This document shows, in pieces, positions 13,502-23,400 of a stretch of DNA of 64,000 nt (the stretch's first letter is position 1; each line of letters opens with the position of its first letter). Both the position numbers and the translations under genes were made by a program. Under the pieces are notes generated by a model. That model had not been told where the DNA came from. It saw only the letters and a program-made list of their open reading frames with translations, and did no database searches. Source of the DNA: Plasmodiophora brassicae (taxonomy: Eukaryota); NCBI GenBank assembly GCA_036867785.1, contig CP145411.1, forward strand, positions 310,001-374,000, read 5' to 3'.

Positions 13502-13535
13502 GACGTGTGGCGCCTGCCCAAAGACATTCTCGGCG

Positions 13536-14009
13536 CAATTTGGCCAGCTGAACGGCCGCCGCTTCCGCAAGGATGGCTCGTTTTCACAGGTCTGGGTCGG
13601 TCGGCGGTCTGGAGAACTAGTGCATGTCGCGCGCTCCTACGACGTTGGTGCTGACCACCAGAAGGCCCGCCCGTATCAGAAGCCTTCGTGCAGGTTAACC
13701 ACGGCCTGCAGCCCACGAATTATAATGAAAGGTCTGGCCGAGGGCGGCGTCCACGTTGAGTGTCATGACAGTCTCGCTGTGACGTACTGGCACGCGATGC
13801 CCGCGACGTACCTCGGCCAGACCTTCCATGATGATTATCGACCTGCAGGGTGTTGTTAACTTACGAAGCCTTTTGGTATGGGTGGGCCTTCTCGTTGTCA
13901 GCGCCAAAGTCGTATGGTAGGAGCGCGCGACATGCGACCGCCGACAGAGCCAGACCTGCGAAAACGATCAATCCTTGCGGAAGCGACAGCCGTTCAGCTG
14001 GCCGAATTG
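13536..14009. repeat. Long imperfect inverted repeat (foldback), ~200-bp arms
   Basis: 13536-13743 aligns to the reverse complement of 13811-14009 (shared blocks GGCCAGCTGAACGGC, CGCTTCCGCAAGGAT, GCATGTCGCGCGCTCCTAC, AAGGTCTGGCCGAGG), with a ~67-bp loop. Confidence 0.85.
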
Positions 14010-14570
14010 GGCTTTGTCTGTCCTGCATAACGACTCCGGGTACGAGAATGACGCCTTTCTATCACCGGATGCGCCTGTCGTCACCTTTCAGCATTCTTGT
14101 ACACAGCAGGCAGGACACGGGATCCTGGACACCATGCGGATTGAGATGTCGAGTAAGGCGCTTCTTCTGCACCGAGACTGCCGTAGTGAAGACGCCACAC
14201 GTCGCAGGCATCGCGTTTAAACATGACACCGCCAGCGGATGCGGCATTCGACTGTTCGGGATGCGCAGCGCGATGCCGGACATTTTCGCCAGTGTTGTCA
14301 CTTGTCAGTGCCCTAATATACGTCGGCCCGTTCCGTGGCGCGCTGCCCCGCAGCTCCGTGACGTGTAGTTCGTTCGCAGAGATCGCCGCATGACAAGGAT
14401 GCGATCTCTGCCCTGCAGAGCCGCGTCAACGCGAACGACCTACACGTCACGGAGCTGCACGACATCGTCCGGAACCTGGCCGAAGAACGCGGTATTCTGG
14501 ATCGCTATTCGTCAAGTGTCTACTGGCCGATGTCGAATCACTCCGCTCTGTGCAGGGCGAGTGCCTGCGG

Positions 14571-15769
14571 GTGACAATACTGGCTGGAAGAAGTCAATTG
14601 CTTCGCAGTCATCTGCAGGCCGTGAGACTGAACTTTGGCCTCATCTACATGGGTTTCCGGGAAAGCGATGACTCTGAGGGTCTGATGCTGTGCATTGAGA
14701 AACGCTGCAGGGGGAGCCGCTGTATCTGCCTGCACTTTCCGTGCCTCCTGCCTACCGCAAATTCTTTCTCATGTTGCCTCGCAACAACAACCGGTTGACC
14801 AGTCTTCTGGGAATTTCCGAGATTGCACTTTTTTATCATCTTCGTTAGGTGAAGACCGACTGTGGTCTGCTTCGCCAAGAAATTCTGAAATGGTACGATG
14901 ACGACACTTGCTGTGAGGACTTTATCGCGAAAGCATGCCCATCCGCATGCTTGCTAAACTGGCGCTGGCTGTACTGAGCATCGTCATCAATACTGCTACC
15001 TGCGAGCGTTTATTTAGCGACATGGCATTGGTCCATAATGAACGGGAGATCATTACTGGCGACCTTGCTCCCCATGGTTGCCAGTACTAATGATCTCCCG
15101 TTTACTCGCGTCAACAATTCTATGGCAGGACCTTTCAACTGAAGCCCCCCTCCCCCTGCCTTGCATCTCGAGGCGTAACTCGTCTTGGTCCTTTTTCTGA
15201 ACGGCGCCGTTGAGACAACACTCACTTTCTGGACCTTCTCCGGATGTAGGTTCTTAGCGTTATGGACCAATGCCATGTCGCTAAATAAACGCTCGCAGGT
15301 AGCAGTATTGATGACGATGCTCAGTACAGCCAGCGCCAGTTTAGCAAGCATGCGGATGGGCATGCTTTCGCGATAAAGTCCCCATCGGCAGAGGAAACGA
15401 AATGGGTGGGAGACACGCCTCACAGCAAGTGTCGTCATCGTACCATTTCAGAATTTCTTGGCGAAGCAGACCACAGTCGGTCTCCACCCAAACGAAGATG
15501 ATAAAAAAGTGCAATCTCGGAAATTCCCAGAAGACTGGTCAACCGGTTGTCGCGAGGCAACATGAGAAAGAATTTGCGGTAGGCAAGATGCACGAACAGT
15601 GCAAGCAGATACAGCGGCTGCTCGCTGTCCCCGCAGCGTTCTCGATGCACAGCATAAGACGCTCAGAGTCATCGCTTTCCCGGAAACCCATGTAGATGAG
15701 GCCAAAGTTCAGTTTCACGGCCTGCAGATGACTGCGAAGCAATTGACTTCTTCCAACTAGTATTGTTAC
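14571..15769. pseudogene. Degenerate hAT-family transposase fragment present as an inverted duplication
   Basis: LAKLALAVLSIVINTATCERLFSDMALVH resembles the hAT C-terminal dimerisation motif. IE(K/N)...EQPLYLLALFVHLAY also appears, with frameshifts and stops. 14571-15038 (+) is a near-identical reverse complement of 15260-15769. Confidence 0.78.
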
Positions 15770-16230
15770 GAACGGATTGAAGACAGGCTACGGCAGGAAC
15801 AAATGAGAGCGACGTTATCGCCGTCCTGCAACTCGACAACGTCCGTCCTTGTCTTCGTCGGATGAAAGGCATGATTGCACAATCATCCGACGACGTAAAG
15901 TGATGGTCGTTATCGAGTTGCAGGACGGCGATATCGCCGCTCCTGCTCTGGTTTGAAGTTTAATCCCAAGCTGATCGCTGAAAGTTCGTCGAGTCACGTC
16001 GTCCGATTCGTCTCCGTCCCACTGGCGTCCAGACGTATCATTAACCCCGCTCTGTCTGTCGCGTACAAGACGGTAGATGCTACCCGACGGAATCTGTGCC
16101 GGTAACGGACGCCCAACGTCATGCTTGAAAGGCCAGGGATGCGTCCTCCGGCTGTTAACGCGGAGCGTAATACAAGCCGAAGCAGTGTAGTGGATACCCC
16201 AGGAATCTTAGAATGCATGTTAATGAGCGT

Positions 16231-16525
16231 TCAGACTGCGCCGAGGGCAGGGCCAGCGTCGGCAGCAACGATCATGCCGTCAACGATTCGTTTGATGCGC
16301 TTCTGGCGCTGGCGGTACGCGTACGCGATGGCGACGCCGACGCCGACGGCAACGAAGATCGCCGTCCCGACGATGAGGATCGTGGTGACTGTATCGATGG
16401 TGCTCTTGAGTACGTTCTGAAGGCGACGGTTACGTAAGGTATTGGATTAGATACGGGACGCTGACCTCCTGGGCCATGATCACGGGCAGCACCGCAACCA
16501 GGACCAGAAACGTCGTCACCTTCAT
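16231..16525 (-). CDS. 81-aa type I membrane microprotein (2 exons; absent from ORF track)
   Basis: MKVTTFLVLVAVLPVIMAQE | intron 16417-16465 (GTCAGC..TTCAG) | NVLKSTIDTVTTILIVGTAIFVAVGVGVAIAYAYRQRQKRIKRIVDGMIVAADAGPALGAV*. Confidence 0.7.
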
Positions 16526-16899
16526 CGTCGTTCTAGGTACTGCCAGATATTATGCGACGGCACGAGCCTCTAACGAATACCAACAGAATCGTGCCTACTA
16601 TTAGTAGGCCCCCAAACACACCAGTCGCGACGCGCGTGCCTGTGATGGGAAACCGCAGCGGGCGAGCGGGGCAGCGCTGGCACCCTCCCCGTCCACCTCC
16701 GCCTCGTACGTTTCGTATTTCTGAAACGACTCGCGTCAACGTTTAGTCTGCTACTGTTAGTCGTTTACAGGAGATGAGTCGTGTGCAATAGCGTTGGCAG
16801 TCGTCAGTCGTACTCGAAGGCATGGGCGAGATACGTCAAGGATCAAGGTACTGGTGGGCGCGTGCTCAGATTGACAGGGCACATCGACGTATCTACTGG

Positions 16900-17347
16900 A
16901 TGCGTTCCTCGCTGGCTGCTGGCGTCAGCGTCTGGATCGCCTGCCTCAACCAAGTACAATACCCACATTTCCAACTGCGCTCTGTTGGACGCGCACACGC
17001 TAACGACGGTTCGTCAGGTATCGGGTATCCCATGGAAGGCAGTCGCCTCAGAAATAGAGTCCCAAGAAAGCAGTATGAGTCAGTGACGCGTTCGAACCAC
17101 CAACGTGCGAGCGTCGTCCCTAATGCATGCATCTGTAGCCGTGTTGTCATGGGGTATATTCGCCGGCGGTCTCCTCTTCGTCATCGTTGTCCTCGTCGCC
17201 GCCCGCATCGCCTACCTACGCCACAAGGCTAAGCTCCGCCTGCGACGCGACTTCGAGAACGCGCTGCGCGTCGAGCGCGAACACGGCGACGTCGTCAAGG
17301 CTGAAATCCAGCAGCCCTCCTTGATCAAAGTCCAGGATCAAGTCTGA
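16900..17347 (+). CDS. ~107-aa type I membrane microprotein (3 exons predicted)
   Basis: MRSSLAAGVSVWIACLNQ | VSGIPWKAVASEIESQESSM | TVLSWGIFAGGLLFVIVVLVAARIAYLRHKAKLRLRR...VQDQV*. Both introns have CTAAY-like branch points. Confidence 0.62.
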
Positions 17348-17638
17348 TGGCGGCCCTGTTATTACACACCACACACTGCCTATACGATGTTGACCGCGCC
17401 GCGTCCACCGCCGCCTCCAGCGTCAGGGAACCGCGCCACCGCCGTGCATGAGTCACGCTGCGTGCCTTCCGACGGCGGTCGAGGCCGTCGCTCGGCCGGG
17501 TTCATTCCGGGACAGGTTCGTTGGCAACGACGACGACGTTGCCGGGACCGTCGCAGCCGGACCATCCAAACCGGAACGCATTCAATCCCCCATCCCCAAA
17601 CCGAACGTCCGGGAGGCGCGCGCTCCTAGCGTCGGGCC

Positions 17639-18817
17639 ATGCCGCAGACCTGGTTCACGCACTGCTTCGACGGGATCCGCTCGGCTCGGCAGGCGGCCGA
17701 CCCGAGCGCCTCGCTGCGGCACTTCCGCGAGGCCGCCCGCCTGTCCCCGGCGTCCGTCGCCGCCCGCGTCTGCCTCGGCATCCGCCTGCAGGCCGAAGGC
17801 GACCTGGACGGCGCCCGGCACCACCTCGACGTCGCCGTCCACCTGTCGTCGTCGTCCCCGTCGGCGTTCCTCGCGTCGCGCGCCCTACGCTGCCGGGCGC
17901 TGCTGCGGTACGCCACGCAGGACCTGGCGGACGCGGTCGCAGACCTGAACGCGGCCCTGAGACTGGACCCGGCGTTCGCCGAGGCGCTCTACCTGCGCGG
18001 CATGATCGCCATGGACCTGGACGACGCCGACGCCTGCATCGGGGACATGTCCGCCTGCCTGGCGATCGCGCCGACCGCCGGCCACGCGTACGCCATGCGG
18101 GGGACGGCGCGTGCCGCCCGGCACGATCGGGCCGGCGCCCTGCACGACCTGGGACGCGCGCTCGACCACGACCTGAACGACGCCGACCGCGCCGCGTTGC
18201 TCTTCTCCAGGGCGCATCTCCATGGCGACGACGACCCGGACGCGGCCATGGACGACCTGTCGGCGTCGATCGCGCTGCGCCCGCACCCGAGGTCGCTGAT
18301 GGCGCGCGCCGACCTGCACGACCGCCTGGGGGACGCGCGCCACGCCATCGCCGACCTCGAGCACGCCGTTCGGATCGGGGGCGGGCGGGAGCGACGCGAC
18401 GCCCGGCACCGCCTGGCGCGATCCCATTTCAGCGCCCGGCGCTATCGCGACGCCCTGCAGCAGTACGAGGAGATCGTCGGGAGCCATGACGGCGACGACG
18501 ACGACGAGGCGCTGCTGGGCCGGGCGCGATGCCTGGCACGGCTGGCGAGGTTCCGTCGCGCCGTCCACGACTTCAGCACGGTGCTGGGGCGGCGCCCGGG
18601 TGCCGCCCACGTTCGCGGCGAACGCGGCCTGGCGTTGTACGCCCTGCGACAGTACCGGCGGGCGCGTCCCGACCTGGCCGCCGCCGTGTCGCACGACCCG
18701 GGCAACGACGCCGTTCGCTGGGCGTGGACGCAGGTCGAGAACGCGCTGGCGTCGTCGTCGTCGTCGGTCGATCGCCGACCACCGACGATCAGACGCACGA
18801 CGTCGCTGCCGACCTAG
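17639..18817 (+). CDS. Tetratricopeptide-repeat protein
   Basis: Single 392-aa ORF with repeated TPR-like units (AVADLNAALRLDPAFAEALYLRG; AVHDFSTVLGRRPGAAHVRGERG). Confidence 0.85.
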   Translation: MPQTWFTHCFDGIRSARQAADPSASLRHFREAARLSPASVAARVCLGIRLQAEGDLDGARHHLDVAVHLSSSSPSAFLASRALRCRALLRYATQDLADAVADLNAALRLDPAFAEALYLRGMIAMDLDDADACIGDMSACLAIAPTAGHAYAMRGTARAARHDRAGALHDLGRALDHDLNDADRAALLFSRAHLHGDDDPDAAMDDLSASIALRPHPRSLMARADLHDRLGDARHAIADLEHAVRIGGGRERRDARHRLARSHFSARRYRDALQQYEEIVGSHDGDDDDEALLGRARCLARLARFRRAVHDFSTVLGRRPGAAHVRGERGLALYALRQYRRARPDLAAAVSHDPGNDAVRWAWTQVENALASSSSSVDRRPPTIRRTTSLPT

Positions 18818-18867
18818 ATGATATACATTCGTTAACGCGTTCGCGTGTTCATTGATGGGGTCGGGGA

Positions 18868-19071
18868 TCAGGCCGACGACGCGCTGGCGGGCGGCGTGTC
18901 GCTGACAGGCGCGTCGTCGTCGTCGTCGGCGTCCATGCTGACGACGAAGGCAACGGGGCGCTTGCGTCCTTGCTCGTACGTGCCCTGCGCTTCCTGCATC
19001 GTCGGCAGCCGGTCGTTGGCGTCGAGGAACGCGCCCAGCTTGCTGGCGTCCAGGTGCGTCGGCTGGGGCAT
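18868..19071 (-). CDS. Possible small acidic hypothetical protein
   Basis: MPQPTHLDASKLGAFLDANDRLPTMQEAQGTYEQGRKRPVAFVVSMDADDDDD... has coding-like composition, but no domain is recognisable and the start is uncertain. Confidence 0.35.
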   Translation of the reverse strand: MPQPTHLDASKLGAFLDANDRLPTMQEAQGTYEQGRKRPVAFVVSMDADDDDDAPVSDTPPASASSA

Positions 19072-19242
19072 CCCCCTGTCCAGGCGTATAGTCACGATAA
19101 GAATATAAGGTTATGACCGACCACAGCCCAGCAGGGCCGAGTCACCCGGCAGAGGGCGCGTTGACGTCATGGACGGGTCACCACGACGACGGCGCTGAAT
19201 GACACGAGCGGCTCAGCGCCCTGTGGTGTCCATCTTGGTGGA

Positions 19243-19261
19243 GGGGGGGGGGGGGGGGGGG
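19243..19261 (+). repeat. Poly-G tract (19 G)
   Basis: Directly visible, intergenic. Confidence 0.95.
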
Positions 19262-19316
19262 CGGGGAGGCGCAGTCACTCTGTGAATGGTCCACGAGGCG
19301 CCGACGACGTCGAACG

Positions 19317-20369
19317 ATGGTGGCGCCCGACGTCGACAGCGGCAGGCCTGACCCGAACGCGACCGTGTCGTCGCTGGCCGGCGACGTGCACGTCGAGATC
19401 CGCGCCGACCACGTGACGGTCGACGCCACCGGCGGCGCCGTCCTCGTCGACGTCGTCGTCGGCGTCATGACGATGGCGCTCGTCTCGTCGTTCCTGATAG
19501 GTAGGCCGGGCTGGCTGGCGTCCTCGACGCTCTGATCGCTGACGCCGTCGTCGTCGTTGCCCAATGCAGCGTGGCGAGCGTCGCGTGACCTGCCGCTGGG
19601 GAAGGCCATACGGAAGTGGCTACGATCGCGCCATGCCAAGGCGGTCTCGCTGAAACGGAAGAGCAGCACGCTGCTGAAGGAGATGACGTCCGTCGAGCCG
19701 ATCGCCAGCCTGTCGCCGAGGCGCCCGTCGTCGTCCTTCAAGTCCAGCATCATCAGCGGCGGCGACGTCGACGACCTGGTGGCCTGGCTGCCCATGCAGT
19801 ACCACGGGCGCCCCTGGCAGATGACGTTCAGCACGGCCCGAGACGGCCACTCACTGCGAACGTTCTACGCCAACACGTCCGCCCTGCCGATGCAGGCGGC
19901 CGTCGTCCTCCTCGTCAAGGACGCCCTCGGCGCCGTCTTTGGCGTGTTCTGCACCGAACCCTGGGTGCGAAGTCGAACGCACATTGGCAACGGTACGATG
20001 GCGGCCATCGATGCGTTCGTCGGGGGAACCCGTGCCTGACACTGTGGCCGCCAGGCGAATCGTTCGTGTTCACGCTGCACCCGGTTCGCGCGCTCTACTC
20101 CTGGTCGGCACAGTTAGGCGCGTCGCAGCGAGGCCGCCGTTCGCTGACCTTGTTCGTGCCCCGGCAGGACGCGGCGGAATTCCTTCTTCGTCGTCGGACA
20201 GACCGACTTCATCGCCGCGGGCGGTGGCTCGCATTTCGCCATCTGGATCGACGCGTCGTTCGACCGCGGCTCGTCCCTGCCGTCCGAGACGTTCGGCAAC
20301 CCGACGCTGAGCAGCGCGCCCGACTTCGTCTGCAACCTCGTCGAACTCTGGTCTGTGTCGCCGTTCTAA
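19317..20369 (+). CDS. TLDc-domain protein (OXR1/NCOA7 family) with N-terminal hydrophobic segment
   Basis: W..TFSTARDGHSLRTFY, LVKD..GAVFGVF..EPW, GNGESFVF, GGGSHFAIWIDASFDRGSS.PSETFGNPTLS...ELW. Three introns. Confidence 0.88.
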
Positions 20370-20402
20370 AACGCGCGCGCGCGCGCCCTCTCGATTCGTG
20401 TA

Positions 20403-23400
20403 TTACGTCGCCAACGATAGCAGCAGGGCAGTGCCCCGTTTGGTCCAGTACGTGGGGTCCTTGGCCCCCGACTTCAGGTCGACGTTGATCATGAAGGACG
20501 GGCGCTCCCGGGTGCCCGTCCGCACCGGGTACATGTAGAGCGGGCACGCGTACAGGCCCTTGCCCTGGCGGCCGCGCTTGTTGTCCACCGGCTTGAAGTG
20601 CACGATCGGCATCCGGCACTCGAGCTCCATGGGGCCGGCGTCGGCCAGCGTCATCTTGTCCATGTCCCAGCGGGCGCCCTCCAGGAACATGCCCTTGATG
20701 TACGCGCCGTCCTTCGGCATCGTCGTGACGGCCACCTCGTCCAGGTCGACGGGCGTGAACTCCCACGACAGGTCGTCGATGGCGACCCCGTTCCTCCTGG
20801 CCGTCGATTGCAGCAGGGCCGTCAGGAACCCGGTCGGGAACGTCAGGCCCGACAGCCAGAACACCTTCGGGGGGCCGTCCGCCGCCCACTTCGCCATCTG
20901 CTCGATGCGCAGGACGAGGTCGCGAACCCAGGGCCCCAGCGCCTTCAGCGACGGGTACGCCGTCTTCCACATGTCGGGCACCTGCCCGCCGTACAGCGCG
21001 TCGTACACCTGCTCCAGGGCCGGCGAGATCACGACCAGGCCCTTGATGCCGCGTCGCAGGTTTACCAGCGACGATCGCACGCGGCCCAGCAGCTGATTGT
21101 ACCGCCCGACCTCCTGGCACACACACACACACATCAGACGTCGTCGTTGCCCACCCACAGACACACACGCGCGCGACCGTCAACGGGGGGCCCTCACCTG
21201 CAGCAGGACGATACGGAGCGGGTTCGGGTCGCCGGCATTGCTTTGGTCGCCGCCGATCGGTGCCGGGACCTGCTCCAGCAGGGAGTCGATCAGCGCCAGC
21301 GTCGTGTCCTCGCGGGACAGGCCGCCCGCGTCCGCCGTTCGCGGCTGCAGCGACAGCAACGTCGACAGCAGCGTCGTCGTCTCCGCCATCTGCGACGAGA
21401 TGTCGGCGTTGGCGTGCTGGCCGAACGCCTCGGGCGGGTCCGCCGTCGACGGCAACGACTTGATGTAGGTGACGACGGCGGCCGTGTCGTTGTCGTCGGG
21501 GATGTAGTACGTGTCGAGCGGGGACAGCCGGGCGGCCTTCTTGGCCAGCAGCGCCTCGCTGAAGAACTGGTCGACGTACACGATCAGCAGGCGCCGGTCG
21601 CGGTCGTCGGTGACGCGCCCGCCGTAGTTGGCCTCGGCGATCAGGTACTTGAGCGCCTCCCACGGCGTCTCCTCGTACTCGTCGAGGTACAGGCGCAGGA
21701 TGCTCTCGCAGACGGCGAAGTCGCTGTCGTTGAACCCGTACGGGATGTTCCAGCCCAGCGACCCGAACTTGCGCCGCTCGAGCAGGACGGCGTGGAACCA
21801 GCACAGGGAGAACACGAGCTTCCTGTACTTGAGCGGGCGCAGGGCGGACGCGAACCGGTCCGGCTTCAGGCCGGCGTACAGGCGGAGGAGGTTGGCGCGC
21901 AGGCCCTTGGGCGGCTCCGTCGTGATCTTCAGGCCCCGCTGCAGGATCGGGATGGGGAACGCCGGGTGCGGGTCGCTGGACAGCCAGAGGCGGAACTGGG
22001 CGTGCGGCGCCGCCGGCTCCCCGTTGCAGTACGCGTCGACGAGCGCCTCCAGCTCGGGCATCCACGAGATCGACAGGTGGCAGTTGGCGAAGAAGACCCA
22101 GAAGCCGGTCTTCAGGCCCTGGGCCAGCAGGCGGCGCGCCGGCGCCTCCTGGCCCTGGCCCAGCGAGATCTCCTCGACCGTCGTGCCCGACGACGCGGCC
22201 AGGTCGCGCAGCATCGCAGACGGGTCGACGCCGGGCGACAGCACGAAGATGACGGGCGTGTACGGCGTCGAGTCGGCGTAGACCTGCGCCAGGTCCATCG
22301 GCGGCGGCTCGACGAACGTCGGGCCCAGGTTCTTGGCCACGAAGCGCCGCGCGGCGAACACGACCCGATCGGGGCGGAACACGCGCAGCAGCACCATCCG
22401 TTGCAGGTCGTCGATCCTGGTCTGCCATTCGCCCGGCAGCGTCGCCGTCTCCGGGCACTCGCTGCGGGCCCAGGCGCGCCACGCCCGGTTGTTCTGCTCC
22501 AGGCTGCCCTCGAGGCTCTTGAACCCGGCGACCTTGCCCAGCAGGGTGGCCTGCTCCCATTGCGCCTGCGGTGGACAGTAGCAACGTTCAGGTATTCGCA
22601 GGACCAGACGCATCGTCCCAGGGGGCACGGCACCTCCGAGATCCAGTCGGCGGACGGGTTGGCCGGCGGGGCCGACTCCCGGTCGACGACGATGCCGCCG
22701 CGTAGCAGGAACAGGTAGTCGTCGGCGTTGACCTTGCCCTCCGACTGCATCTTCTTGACGCACATCTGGAACGAGAACAGGAGCTTGTGCTTCTCGAACA
22801 GGCCGCGGCACGTGTTCTTGTAGACGGCGTCGGTGTGGTACAGGTTCAGCGCCCGGTTGCGCTCCTTGACGTCCAGCGTGCCCTTCGGCTTGCGCGACTT
22901 GTCGATCGACATGCGGAACATGTCAAAGTAGGCGTCCAGCGAGAACTGGTACATGGGGTCGATGCCGGCCAGGTCGTTCAGGACGAAGAAGAGCAGGGAG
23001 GCGCGCACGGCCGACGGCCGGTACGCGTCGCGCGCCGCGTCGATCTGCTTCTCCGTCTCCTGCGACACGCGCAGGTCCTCCGACACCTGCTCCGACGTCT
23101 GCTTCGACGCCTGCAGCGTGTTGATCAGGCCCTCGTCGTCCAGCAGCGACCCGGACGCCGTCTTCAGCAGCGACAGGATCAGGTTCTCCAGGTCGACCAG
23201 TTTGCGTTTGTTGGCGGCGACGGCGATGACGAGCGCGCTCTTGTCCTCCTCGAGCTTGGGCTGCTCGAGGCGGACCAGGAACCCGAGCAGCTGATCCTCG
23301 AGGCCCTTCTCCTTGACGGCGAAGTTCACGACGGTGCACTTGGCGCACACCTCGGGCGGGTAGTGCGGGTTCGGCAGCCGCGTCGTCATCCAGAACAGGA

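Noticed and set aside
21117-21170. (CA)n runs in dynein introns
   Set aside because: Ordinary microsatellites.
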